Below are positions 1 through 9,848 of a DNA stretch of 64,000 bases, one piece after another; the stretch's first letter is position 1, and each line of letters starts with the position of its first letter. The notes beneath the pieces were generated by a model. The model worked only from the letters and a program-made list of their open reading frames with translations. It made no database searches and was not told the DNA's origin. This stretch comes from Candidatus Latescibacterota bacterium (lineage in GTDB: Bacteria > Latescibacterota > UBA2968 > UBA8231), in NCBI GenBank assembly GCA_965261395.1, contig OZ253462.1, positions 6,240,001 to 6,304,000 on the forward strand. Reading direction: 5' to 3'. Made by a program: the position numbers and the translations under genes.

Positions 1-58
1 CGAGGGAGACCCTTCATAAGTGGTAGAAGCCGCATTCAACGAAAGAGGAGTATTTCGG

Positions 59-2518
59 ATGAAAAAGTTGCCGTTGTTCTGCATGACCTTCTTGTTGGTC
101 GGCGTCCTGTTTGTGCAGGGCAGCCGCGCTGAAGACTATACCCTCTGGGGACTGCCCGACGGTGCCCGCGCCCGCTTGGGTAAAGGCACCATCTCATCGG
201 GCTTGGCCTACTCACCCGATGGTACGCGGATAGCAGTGGGTAGTCGCGTGGGAATCTGGCTCTACGATGCCCATACTGGTACCGAAGTAGCCCTGCTTGA
301 AGGCCATACGGAAGGTATCACTTCGGTTTTGTTTTCACCGGATGGGTTGACCTTGGCCAGTGGCAGTTATGACGAGACGATCCGGTTGTGGGATGTGTCC
401 AGCGGCCAACCAAAGGCCACCCTCAAAGGCATAGGCGGTATCACTTCGGTTTTGTTTTCACCGGATGGGTTGACCTTGGCCAGTCTCTCAAATGGGGTTT
501 CGCCATCTGGGGATAGTTACCAAACCAGTGATGGCGCGTCCCTGACGACTATGATTTGGTTGTGGGATGTGTCCAGCGACCTACCGGTCCTGCTTGAAGG
601 CCATGCGGGCGGTGTTACTTCGGTTTTGTTTTCACCGGATGGGTTGACCTTGGCCAGTGGCAGTGGGGACGGTAGGATTCTGCTGTGGGATGTGTCCAGC
701 GGCCAACTACAGGCCACCCTCGAAGGCCATACGGACGGTGTTACTTCGGTTTTGTTTTCACCGGATGGATTGACCTTGGCTAGTGGCGGTGGGAGCCCTT
801 CGTATGGGGGGAGCGGTAGGGACGATAGGATTCTGCTGTGGGATGTGTCCAGCGGCCAACTACAGGCCACCCTCGAAGGCCATACGGGCGGTGTTACTTC
901 GGTTTTGTTTTCACCGGATGGGTTGACTTTGGCCAGTGGCAGTTATGACAAGACGATTCGGTTGTGGGATGTGTCCAGCGGCCAGCTACAGGCCACCCTC
1001 GAAGGCCATTGGGTAGGGTCGTTTTCGTTTTCGCCGGATGGATTGACCTTGGCCAATGGTGGCACTTCGGATGAGACGATTCGGTTGTGGGATGTGTCCA
1101 GCGGCCAGCTACAGGCCACCCTCGAAGGCCATTGGGTAGGGTCGTTTTCGTTTTCGCCGGATGGATTGACCTTGGCCAATGGTGGCACTTCGGATGAGAC
1201 GATTCGGTTGTGGGATGTGTCCAGCGGCCAGCTACAGGCCACCCTCGAAGGCCATACGGACGGTGTTACTTCGGTTTTGTTTTCACCGGATGGGTTGACT
1301 TTGGCCAGTGGCAGTTATGACGGTACGATCCGATTGTGGGACGTATCCAGCAGCCAACTAAAGGCGACCCTCGAAGGTCATACGAGGGCTGTCAATTCAG
1401 TTTTGTTTTCACCGGATGGATTGACCTTGGCTAGTGGCAATGGGGACACGCCTTGGATTTTCAGTGCGGCCAGTAGGGCCGGTACGATTCGGTTGTGGGA
1501 TGTGTCCAGCGGCCAACTAAAGGCCACCCTCGAAGGCCATACGAGGGCTATCGATTTAGTTTTGTTTTCACCGGATGGGTTGACCTTGGCCAGTGGCAGT
1601 TATGACGGTACGATCCGATTGTGGGACGTATCCAGCAGCCAACCAAAGGCCACCCTCGAAGGCCATACGGGTACGGGCATCGTCGAGTCGTTTTCGTTTT
1701 CACCGGATGGGTTGACCTTGGCCAGTGGCAGTAGGGACACGCTTATTGTCGATAGTGTCATTAGGGACAGGGCCGGTACGATTCTGCTGTGGGATGTGTC
1801 CAGCGGCCAGCTACAGGCCACCCTCGAAGGCCATACGGGCGGTGTCGAGTCGGTTTTGTTTTCACCGGATGGGTTGACCTTGGCCAGTGGCAGTTCAGAC
1901 GGTACGATCCGGTTGTGGGATGTATCCAGCGGCCAACTACAGGCCGTCCTCGAAGGCCATACGGGCGGTGTCGAGTCGGTTTTGTTTTCACCGGATGGGT
2001 TGACCTTGGCCAGTGGCAGTTCAGACGGTACGATCCGGTTGTGGGATGTATCCAGCGGCCAACTACAGGCCGTCCGGCGAATGGTTGGAAAGTTCTTGGC
2101 TTGGTTCGGGTTGTGGGATGTGTCCAGCGGCCAACTACAGGCCACCCTCGAAGGCCATACGGGCGGTGTCGAGTCGGTTTTGTTTTCACCGGATGGGCAG
2201 ACCTTGGCCAGTGGCAGTTCAGACGGTACGATTCGGTTGTGGGATGTGTCCAGCGGCCAACTACAGGCCACCCTCAGAGGTCATAGTATGGACGATGTCA
2301 GTCTATTTTCGTTTTCACCGGATGGATCGACCTTAGCCAGTCGCGGTTTCTTCAGTAGGGACGGTACGATTCGGTTGTGGGATGTGCCCAGCGGCCAACT
2401 ACAGGCCACCCTCGAAGGCCATACGAGTGCTGTCAATTCGGTTTTGTTTTCACCGGATGGGCAGACCTTGGCCAGTGGCAGTTCAGACGGTACGATTCTG
2501 CTGTGGGATATACCCTAG
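59..2518 (+). CDS. Secreted WD40-repeat beta-propeller protein, C-terminal tail lost
   Basis: Signal peptide MKKLPLF..GSRA after RBS gaggag; roughly 17 GH..SVLFSPDGLTLASGS.DGTIRLWD repeats. The stop TAG sits where the paralog at 42464 has TAC. Confidence 0.9.
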   Translation: MKKLPLFCMTFLLVGVLFVQGSRAEDYTLWGLPDGARARLGKGTISSGLAYSPDGTRIAVGSRVGIWLYDAHTGTEVALLEGHTEGITSVLFSPDGLTLASGSYDETIRLWDVSSGQPKATLKGIGGITSVLFSPDGLTLASLSNGVSPSGDSYQTSDGASLTTMIWLWDVSSDLPVLLEGHAGGVTSVLFSPDGLTLASGSGDGRILLWDVSSGQLQATLEGHTDGVTSVLFSPDGLTLASGGGSPSYGGSGRDDRILLWDVSSGQLQATLEGHTGGVTSVLFSPDGLTLASGSYDKTIRLWDVSSGQLQATLEGHWVGSFSFSPDGLTLANGGTSDETIRLWDVSSGQLQATLEGHWVGSFSFSPDGLTLANGGTSDETIRLWDVSSGQLQATLEGHTDGVTSVLFSPDGLTLASGSYDGTIRLWDVSSSQLKATLEGHTRAVNSVLFSPDGLTLASGNGDTPWIFSAASRAGTIRLWDVSSGQLKATLEGHTRAIDLVLFSPDGLTLASGSYDGTIRLWDVSSSQPKATLEGHTGTGIVESFSFSPDGLTLASGSRDTLIVDSVIRDRAGTILLWDVSSGQLQATLEGHTGGVESVLFSPDGLTLASGSSDGTIRLWDVSSGQLQAVLEGHTGGVESVLFSPDGLTLASGSSDGTIRLWDVSSGQLQAVRRMVGKFLAWFGLWDVSSGQLQATLEGHTGGVESVLFSPDGQTLASGSSDGTIRLWDVSSGQLQATLRGHSMDDVSLFSFSPDGSTLASRGFFSRDGTIRLWDVPSGQLQATLEGHTSAVNSVLFSPDGQTLASGSSDGTILLWDIP

Positions 2519-2670
2519 ATCACCCCTCGGCATCAAAAGCCATTCACGTTTCACCGTCGTAGCCTGATAACCGTTCAATTTGCCCGCAGGTGCCCCCGCC
2601 CGCTTGGGCAAAGTCTTCATCTATGATGTGGCCTATTCACCCGATGGTGCATGGCTGACAGTGAGTACCC
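2519..2670 (+). pseudogene. Remnants of the WD40-to-CTD linker and of a WD40 module cap
   Basis: atcacccctcggcatcaaaagcc resembles 46922 atcaccccctcggcaccgaaggcc. LPAGAPARLGKV..VAYSPDG resembles the cap LPEGALARLGKG..VTYSPDG. Confidence 0.7.
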
Positions 2671-2950
2671 AACTCGCCGACCTGCTCGACCGGCCCGGTG
2701 TGCGCGAGCACGGCTGGGAGATGCGCCTAGTGCGCCTGTATGCGCCGCCAGCGGGAGAACGAGCGGATCGGCGCATTTATCCGCCAGTTGCAGGATAAGT
2801 ACAAAGCCGAGGTCGCCGTCTTCGTGGATTGGTAGCGGCTATCTTGACAGCCCTAGGTTTTGGACCCTACCTAATAGTTTTTGCATCCACTCATGCAGCA
2901 AGCGCCGCGGCAAGGGCGGGCCGCTGGCGAGCGAGGGAGAACGCGAAGCG

Positions 2951-5900
2951 ATGAAGAGCCACTCCGCTGTGCAGATCCTCGTCGGCCTAGCACTGAGTTG
3001 GGCATTGGCCGAGGCCCAATCGGGCTATCAGATCGTCGGCGACGAAGTCGTAGTCGAGCGGGCCAGCCACTGGCAGCGGTGGTCTATTCCCACCCATCTG
3101 GCGCGCATCCAAGAGGACGGCTCGGTGCGGGCGCACGCCCTGCGGACGGTCTTCAACGTCCTAGACGATCCCGGCTTCAAGCGTCCGATCGTCATTAGCA
3201 AGTCCGAGCCGCGTATCGGCACCATCGACAGCACCATGCAGTTCGACGTGTTTGGCGAGCCGATACGGAACACGCTCAACGAGCTGGTCTTCGACTATTG
3301 GGTGCGGCCCGGTATCAGCCGAGTGGGATCCAATCCTCAGCTCGCGGCCAACATTCTCGACGGCGACCCCACCACGTTTTGGGAGCCAGACCCGCGCGAC
3401 CCCATTGAGCAGTGGTGGATCGAGGTGGACTTGGGGAGGGTGGTGCCGGTGGAGCGGCTCAAGCTCCAGTTCGTTGATGAGTCGCTCGGGGATCCTTTCC
3501 TGCGCTTCATCATGCTGCTGTCGGACCGGCAGAGCGCGCTTTTGCACGAGTCGAATAGCCGCATCGGCTTCCAGCTTTTCATCCCGCAAGACGCGCCCAA
3601 TACCACGCAGCGCGAATACATCTTCGAGAGCGAGCACACCAGCCCCGAACTCCCCCCGGCCACTGGCGTGGTCAGCGACAAGGAGCTCGTGGAGAGCTTG
3701 CGCCGCTCGCCCGAGTGGACCGGGCGGAAGATCGAGACGATCCGCATTGTCATCACGGATACGCGCGGCGGCCGGGCCGAGCAGATTGCGCAGGAGGCGT
3801 GGGAAGCCCTGGCGGAAGCAGAGCGCGGGGATATCGTCTATTTTGCGCGCGACGTGGCCGGCCGCGAGGAGCCGGTGGACGAGGCCACCTATCAGGCTTT
3901 AGAGGCCCAGCGCCAAGGGCGGCGGGATTTCTACCGCCGCGAGTTGCCGCGCCTAGCCGGGGTCGAAGCGCACGGCTGGGGCGACAACTTGGCGATCAAC
4001 CTGATTGAAAACGGCGGCTCGTACGTGCTGACGACCGATGGGACCAATACGCTGCTTGCGTTCGACGGCGCCGCCAGCACTGGATTTTCACACCAGATCC
4101 GCAATCCGAAAAACCCCACCGCCAACGTACTGACCATAGATATGGGAGGCATTGTGCGCTTGGCTCAGACCCGCTTAGTGGGCAGTAGCCGGGGCTACAT
4201 CATGCGCGCCTCCACGGGCGAGCGCGACGCTCAGGGCAATCTCAAGTGGCAGCGCATCAGCCCGGAGGAACGCGAGCGCAATATCTTCACCGGCCACTTC
4301 CTCGACATCGCCGACATTCAGGACCCGCCAGTTTTGACCCGCTTCCTCGACATGGTCACCATCGGCCACGTGCCCCCGGGATTTAGGGCCACCGGCCCGG
4401 GCGGCACCGGCCACATGAACCAGTTCTGGTCGTATCATCATGAGCTCATGCTGCTCGCCGAAGGTCCGCCGGCCGAGGTGGTACTAGAGTCGGATCTGAT
4501 CGAGTTGCCGGGGTTGGTGGGCTTGGGCGCGGTGCGCTGGGAGGCGAGCACGCCCCCGGGCACGGATGTGGAGATTCGCACCCGCACCGGCGACCAGCTT
4601 TTGCAGCAGATCCGCTATTTCGACAAGACCGGCAACCAGAAGACCGCGGCCGAGTACAAGACGCTGGCCGGTTTTCTGAAGGGGCCTTCGGACACGACCG
4701 TGGTGGTGGGGCCGGGCTGGAGTCCGTGGAGCCAGCGCTACTTGCAGCCGGGGGACTTGGCCACTTCGCCGGGCCTGCGGCGCTTCATGCAGATTCAAGC
4801 GCGTCTCAAAAGCAGCGGCCAAAACGCGCCGGCCTTGCACCGCATTGCGGTGGCGTTCCACCAGCCGGTGGCCCAGTATCTGCGGGCCGAGGTGTGGCCG
4901 ACCGCAGCCGCGGCTGGGGTGCTCGACACTTTCTCGCTCTACGTGCAGCCCAACTTTTTGCAGCAGCCGGCCGCTGTGCGCAGCCCGGGCTTCGACCAAC
5001 TGCTCTTGTACGCGGAGCCGTCGTTTGCGCTAAAGATCGTCGATGTGGCCATGGGGACCGAGGCCGAGCTGTTGGCTGAGACGCCGGTCCAGTGGGGCGA
5101 CGAGCTAACGGTACGCGCCGAGGGCGATTCGCTGTGGCTGGAATTCCCGCAGACCGTGCAGGACGCGCCGACCGACGTGCTCACGCCGGTGTACTACCGG
5201 TCGGTTGTCCCCGGCGATGAGGTGCCCACTGGATTGGATCGCAACCTGTTGACCTTTACCTCGCATAGCCTCTTGCCGGATGCCGAGCGGGGTGCCGTGC
5301 GCTACTTCCGGCGGCTGGCAAACGGTAGCTTGGCCGAAGTGGACGCCGCGGACTACGACGCGCTCAGCGCGGACGAGCAAGGGCCGGTGCGCTACTTCCG
5401 CAAGGTGGTCGGGCTGGGCGATCAGGTGCCCTTTGACGCGGCTGGCGACAGCCTCGACGAGCGGGGCTACGGCCGGCTGGGCAGCCAGCGCGGTTGGGTG
5501 GTGGGTCGCGGTCGGCTGTTGCGCGTGCGCTTTGCCGGGCGGGTGTACCTGCAAGGGACGCGGATGCAGGTCGCCGTGCGGCAGAGCCAGCCGGCGACGC
5601 CTTGGCAGGGGGCCGACGGAGGCGACGCGACGGCCTTGAGTCCGTCCAAGAGCCTGTCGATTGGCGCGCAAGGGGCGCGGGCCACCATCGACGATATTGC
5701 TATCGCGCCCAATCCGTTTACTCCCAATGGCGACGGGATCAACGAGACTGCGGAGATCGACTTTTCCCTGTTCCGCGTCCAGGTCGCACGGCCGTTGACC
5801 CTTCATCTATATACGCTGGCCGGACGGCGGGTGCGGCAGTTGGTGGGGCTGGCCACCGGCGGGCCGCAAAAGTTTAGATGGGACGGGAAGGACGAGGCCG

Positions 5901-6007
5901 GGCAGGTAGTACCGCCGGGGTTGTACTTGTGTCAAATCGCAGTGGAGGCAGATGCAGCAGGAGTCGGAGGGACGACCCGCACCCGCCTCATCGCCGTTGC
6001 ATATTAA
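2951..6007 (+). CDS. Secreted protein with discoidin-like region and C-terminal FlgD-Ig/CHU_C-like domain
   Basis: ATG at 2951 after gagggag; signal peptide; ILDGDPTTFW..WIEVDLG discoidin-like motif; PNPFTPNGDGINE..WDGKDEAG..PPGLY..AVAY tail. Confidence 0.8.
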   Translation: MKSHSAVQILVGLALSWALAEAQSGYQIVGDEVVVERASHWQRWSIPTHLARIQEDGSVRAHALRTVFNVLDDPGFKRPIVISKSEPRIGTIDSTMQFDVFGEPIRNTLNELVFDYWVRPGISRVGSNPQLAANILDGDPTTFWEPDPRDPIEQWWIEVDLGRVVPVERLKLQFVDESLGDPFLRFIMLLSDRQSALLHESNSRIGFQLFIPQDAPNTTQREYIFESEHTSPELPPATGVVSDKELVESLRRSPEWTGRKIETIRIVITDTRGGRAEQIAQEAWEALAEAERGDIVYFARDVAGREEPVDEATYQALEAQRQGRRDFYRRELPRLAGVEAHGWGDNLAINLIENGGSYVLTTDGTNTLLAFDGAASTGFSHQIRNPKNPTANVLTIDMGGIVRLAQTRLVGSSRGYIMRASTGERDAQGNLKWQRISPEERERNIFTGHFLDIADIQDPPVLTRFLDMVTIGHVPPGFRATGPGGTGHMNQFWSYHHELMLLAEGPPAEVVLESDLIELPGLVGLGAVRWEASTPPGTDVEIRTRTGDQLLQQIRYFDKTGNQKTAAEYKTLAGFLKGPSDTTVVVGPGWSPWSQRYLQPGDLATSPGLRRFMQIQARLKSSGQNAPALHRIAVAFHQPVAQYLRAEVWPTAAAAGVLDTFSLYVQPNFLQQPAAVRSPGFDQLLLYAEPSFALKIVDVAMGTEAELLAETPVQWGDELTVRAEGDSLWLEFPQTVQDAPTDVLTPVYYRSVVPGDEVPTGLDRNLLTFTSHSLLPDAERGAVRYFRRLANGSLAEVDAADYDALSADEQGPVRYFRKVVGLGDQVPFDAAGDSLDERGYGRLGSQRGWVVGRGRLLRVRFAGRVYLQGTRMQVAVRQSQPATPWQGADGGDATALSPSKSLSIGAQGARATIDDIAIAPNPFTPNGDGINETAEIDFSLFRVQVARPLTLHLYTLAGRRVRQLVGLATGGPQKFRWDGKDEAGQVVPPGLYLCQIAVEADAAGVGGTTRTRLIAVAY

Positions 6008-6077
6008 TGTGGGGCCGATCGGCCGATTGATGCCGCGCCCCGTCCGTCGCAGTGGCTGGTAGATGTTGCATATCAAT

Positions 6078-6105
6078 GTAGGGGCGACCGGCCGGTCGCC
6101 CCTAC
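6078..6105. repeat. REP-like perfect 28-bp palindrome
   Basis: gtaggggcgaccggccggtcgcccctac is self-complementary, starts with GTAG and is intergenic. Confidence 0.75.
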
Positions 6106-6119
6106 CAAAGGAGGTTGTT

Positions 6120-8783
6120 GTGAGACCAAAGACCGGATTGTATTGCGGTCTCCTATTGTTGTGGAGCGCGGTCGGCGCGCCAACCGTTGCGCAGGGCCAG
6201 TACGGGACGCGCTTGGGCTTGCAGCTCGGCGACCAGACTAGTCTCGCGCCCCAAGGCCCAGGGGTGTCTCTGAACGCGCTCGACCCGGCCGTGCGCCGTT
6301 GGTACGTGCCGCAGGAGCTGTACAGCGAGTACCAATGGCGGCAGTGGGAATACACCAACTATGCGCGCAATCCGTATGCGCGCTACGTGGAAACAACCTT
6401 GGAGGGCGATTACTTCTACGATCTGTACGGCAATTTCCTCACCCGTGGCTGGCTGATTTTCAACAACTCGCAGAGCAAGCCCCAGCAGTTCGGCAACGTG
6501 CTGTTCAAGTCCTCCCGCTTCCAGAACTGGTTTTCCGAAGTCGTGGTGGCCCAAGACAACAAGGGCCAATACTTCTACACCTTGACGGCGAGCAGCCGCC
6601 TGCGCTCGGTGCTGTCGCCGATGGTGTTTGCCAAGGCCCGCATGGACGGCGTGCAGTTCGACCTCGCTACCGACCGCTACGAAGCCACCTTTTTGTTTTC
6701 GCGGCTGAGCAATCCAGGTGGCGGCACGACCGGGGACCGCGAGGTGCTGCGGACCAACAACACCATCTTGGCGGGCGGGCGATTGGGGGTCCAGCTCGGC
6801 GACTTTGCGGAAGTCGCGCTGCACATGGCCAACGCCCACCAGTCGCATACCTTGCTCGACAAGCAGGCTGGCAACCCATTCGCCGGCTCGCTGACCATCG
6901 GGCAAAACAAAACCATCTCGCTGGTCAAGCTGGTGCTGCGCGACGACTCGCCCGAAGACGGCGTGGGCGGCGCGGCGTTTTTTCCCGATGCGTCGGACGT
7001 GCAGATCACCTATCGCGATGGCTCGGCGGAATCGGGCAAGGCCATTGGCTTTGAGCCGGTCATCGAAGGTGGCTTCTTGCAGCAGGGCTTTGTCGCGGCC
7101 AACGGGCCGGAGGAGATGCGGCTGGTGTACGACTTCGACAGTCCGGCCTTTGTCGATCAGGCCCGTTTTGCCAAGGACGAAATCGCCCAAGTCGAATTCC
7201 TGCTGACGCTGGGCAACGACTACCAGGTTTGGATGACCTCGGACCGCCAGATCAACCTCGATGGCCAGGAGGTCTTGCTGCTCGTCGCGCAGGCCGAGGG
7301 CAATGTTCAGGACATCACCAATTTGCAGACCATCCGCTTCGAGTACGGCCTGCCCACGGCGACTCATATCTTTGGCGGCAGCGTCGAGTTGCAGGATCTG
7401 CGGGGCTTCGACGTGTACGGCGAGTACGACCTGAGCTGGAGCTATCGGAAGTACCCCAACGTGCTCAAGGAGACCCACGAGGCCTTCTCAGGGATTGGCG
7501 GCCGGCCCTCGGCACCCGCTTGGATGGTCAACGTGTCCAAAAAGGCCGCTCCCTACTTCGCCTTCGGTGAGTTTTACAGCATGGATCCGCGCTACAACAC
7601 CCAGACCTTTATCACCTCGGGCACTGGGGATTTCGACTACGACAACGAGCGCGGCTTGGTCGATTTGGTCGATGACAACGACGATCAGGACAAATTCCCG
7701 GACAACGTGCGCTTCGACTTTCTCAGTGGCGATCAGCAGGTCTTTCCGGGCTGGGATCAAAACAACGACTTCGTGCCCGACTTCAACCAAAACGACACGT
7801 TCGTGCGCTCGAATACCGAGCCGGACTACGAGGAGGCTTTTCTGCGGTTTTACGTCGATCGGCCCGAGTTTCTCTTTGGCGTCGATATGAACAACAACTT
7901 TTGGGTGGATCAATACGAAAACGACGAGGAGCCGGATTATCCGTATCGCCGGGATCACCGGGGATTCAACATCCACCTCGGGGCCGACATCACGCCACGG
8001 GCGCGCTTGGTGGTGGGCGCACTGCGCGAGGGGCTGATTTCCTCGGCGCGCAAAAACGAGAGCAATTACCTGATGTTCACCTGCGAGCGCGATGAGTCGC
8101 GGCTGGGTCGCTTCCGGGTGTTTGAGATGAGCAAGTTGGTCAAGGACGACATTCCCAACCCGTTGTTGCAGTGGGCACCCGACAATACGCTGCGCGGCGG
8201 CGAGCTGACCAAGGTCGAGGACCCGCTGTTGGCGCGCGACACCTGGGTCAATCAGCTTTTTGTCGGCCACAATCTACAGGTGGCGGCGCTCTTTTTGACC
8301 ACTAAGATGCACTGGCTCTACTTCCATCAGCAGATGGAAAAAGCCCAGCGGCAGCAGTACGGCTTGGCACCTTCTGACTTCTTCTTCGGCCTGATCAACA
8401 AAGCGAGCTATCGCTTCCAACTCGGGGCGTGGTCTTTGGAGCCGCGTTGGAAAAGCGAGCTACGCAAGCAGAGCCGCAGCTTGCTCTCACTCAATAGCCA
8501 CACCAGCCTGATGGAGCTGTTTTCGGGCTTGGTGGAGACGCAGGTCTTGCAGGTTACTAAGCTCCAGGCCGGGGTGGAGTATGCGATCTTCAACGATTTC
8601 GACGCCAACGACTTCGACTTCGACGCGGTGACCGTAGCCGTCCAGTTTAGCAATGAGTCCAACTATCTCGGCTACAAGCTCCGCGCGCTGACCGGCATGA
8701 AAGTAGAGCGCAAGCAGTTCACTGGGCAGCAGGCGCGGACGACCAACGAATCCTTTGTGACGATTTACGCGGGGCTGAACTAG
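6120..8783 (+). CDS. Large exported protein, putative outer-membrane beta-barrel with Asp/Asn-rich Ca-binding motifs (paralog of 13979..16708)
   Basis: GTG after aaggagg; signal peptide; DDNDDQD and DQNNDFVPD motifs; alternating beta-strand pattern at the C-terminus ending FVTIYAGLN. Confidence 0.7.
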   Translation: MRPKTGLYCGLLLLWSAVGAPTVAQGQYGTRLGLQLGDQTSLAPQGPGVSLNALDPAVRRWYVPQELYSEYQWRQWEYTNYARNPYARYVETTLEGDYFYDLYGNFLTRGWLIFNNSQSKPQQFGNVLFKSSRFQNWFSEVVVAQDNKGQYFYTLTASSRLRSVLSPMVFAKARMDGVQFDLATDRYEATFLFSRLSNPGGGTTGDREVLRTNNTILAGGRLGVQLGDFAEVALHMANAHQSHTLLDKQAGNPFAGSLTIGQNKTISLVKLVLRDDSPEDGVGGAAFFPDASDVQITYRDGSAESGKAIGFEPVIEGGFLQQGFVAANGPEEMRLVYDFDSPAFVDQARFAKDEIAQVEFLLTLGNDYQVWMTSDRQINLDGQEVLLLVAQAEGNVQDITNLQTIRFEYGLPTATHIFGGSVELQDLRGFDVYGEYDLSWSYRKYPNVLKETHEAFSGIGGRPSAPAWMVNVSKKAAPYFAFGEFYSMDPRYNTQTFITSGTGDFDYDNERGLVDLVDDNDDQDKFPDNVRFDFLSGDQQVFPGWDQNNDFVPDFNQNDTFVRSNTEPDYEEAFLRFYVDRPEFLFGVDMNNNFWVDQYENDEEPDYPYRRDHRGFNIHLGADITPRARLVVGALREGLISSARKNESNYLMFTCERDESRLGRFRVFEMSKLVKDDIPNPLLQWAPDNTLRGGELTKVEDPLLARDTWVNQLFVGHNLQVAALFLTTKMHWLYFHQQMEKAQRQQYGLAPSDFFFGLINKASYRFQLGAWSLEPRWKSELRKQSRSLLSLNSHTSLMELFSGLVETQVLQVTKLQAGVEYAIFNDFDANDFDFDAVTVAVQFSNESNYLGYKLRALTGMKVERKQFTGQQARTTNESFVTIYAGLN

Positions 8784-9848
8784 ATGCACCGGCTAGCAGC
8801 CATATTGGCCCAGCGCGGGCGCGTCTGGCCAAAGGCCGCGGTCTTAATCGCGCTCAGTATCGGTCTCAGTGCGTGCGATGGGAAATCGCCAGGGGAGCAA
8901 CACTACTGGTCAGGCCATGCATACCAAGAGCAGGGCATGAAAGCCAACGCCCTGCGCGAGTACCGGAGTGCAATCGAGGTAGGGATTGATTCTCCCGCCG
9001 CCTATTACGCGCTCGGAGCGCTCTATGGCGAAAAGGACGAGCACGGCAAGGCCATTGCTGTGTACCGCGAACTCGTGGAGCGCTGGCCCGGAGAACGTCG
9101 CGCGCAGGAGTTGCTGGCGGCCCGCTATGTAGATGCCGGGCAGTCGGTCGCAGCCGCCAGTCTCTATCGGACCCTGCTGGACCAAGGTGGCGATCCCGCC
9201 GCGTTGCTCGGTTGCCTAGGCGACGCACAGAGCCTGAGTGGCGACCTGCAGAGTGCCGCCCAGTCCTACGGCGACTTGCTGGTGCTGCGTCCCGACAGCA
9301 GCCGGGCCCGGTACCAGCTAGCGCGCATTCACGAGGCCGAAGGCCGGGTCGAACCGGCGATTGCGGCCTACGCTGAGCTGTTGGGCCAAAAGTCCTATGC
9401 GCGGCAAGCGGCCTTGGGGCTGGCGGACCTCCTCATTGAAATGGACCGCCGCAGCGGCGAGTTGGGCCGCGCAAGGGCAGAGGGCTGGTGGCGGCAGCAA
9501 GGGCTGGTCGGGGAGGAAGCCATGCAAAAGGCGGAAGCGCAGCTCGAGGCCGCGCTGGGGGAAAGGCCCGATTCAAGCGCCGACTTATGGGGGCTGGGCA
9601 AGCTGTTCTTTTGGCAGGGGCGCTACCAAGAGGCCCTCGTCTGTGTCGCCGCGCTGGCTGAGACCACCCCGGATGACTATCGGGTGTATTTCTTTCTGAG
9701 CAAGCTCTACGGACTGCTGGGCGAGGAAGAGGCCGCACGGGAAGCTTTTGCCCAGTACCAGCACCAAGAGCAGCGCGCCAAAGTCGCCGCGCGCGTCCAA
9801 ACCGAGAGAGACGTGTTGCTGAAACAATTGTCGGGGAAAACGCCATGA
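8784..9848 (+). CDS. TPR-repeat lipoprotein
   Basis: Lipobox-like LSAC; TPR-like repeats AYYALGALY, ARYQLARIH, VYFFLSKLY. Confidence 0.8.
   Translation: MHRLAAILAQRGRVWPKAAVLIALSIGLSACDGKSPGEQHYWSGHAYQEQGMKANALREYRSAIEVGIDSPAAYYALGALYGEKDEHGKAIAVYRELVERWPGERRAQELLAARYVDAGQSVAAASLYRTLLDQGGDPAALLGCLGDAQSLSGDLQSAAQSYGDLLVLRPDSSRARYQLARIHEAEGRVEPAIAAYAELLGQKSYARQAALGLADLLIEMDRRSGELGRARAEGWWRQQGLVGEEAMQKAEAQLEAALGERPDSSADLWGLGKLFFWQGRYQEALVCVAALAETTPDDYRVYFFLSKLYGLLGEEEAAREAFAQYQHQEQRAKVAARVQTERDVLLKQLSGKTP

Noticed and set aside
517-2336. Long antisense and alternate-frame ORFs over the WD40 repeats (also at 42455-46665 and 53058-54053)
   Set aside because: Shadow ORFs produced by repetitive GC-rich coding sequence; no RBS or family motifs.
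2844-2875. Sigma70 promoter for the envelope operon (TTGACA at 2844)
   Set aside because: No convincing -10 box at 16-18 bp spacing.
2651-2950. Extended N-termini in the ORF track (also 6063, 16709, 22334, 31456, 34424, 36880, 39692)
   Set aside because: Downstream starts have better RBS and signal-peptide context; the extensions cross intergenic DNA or neighbouring genes.
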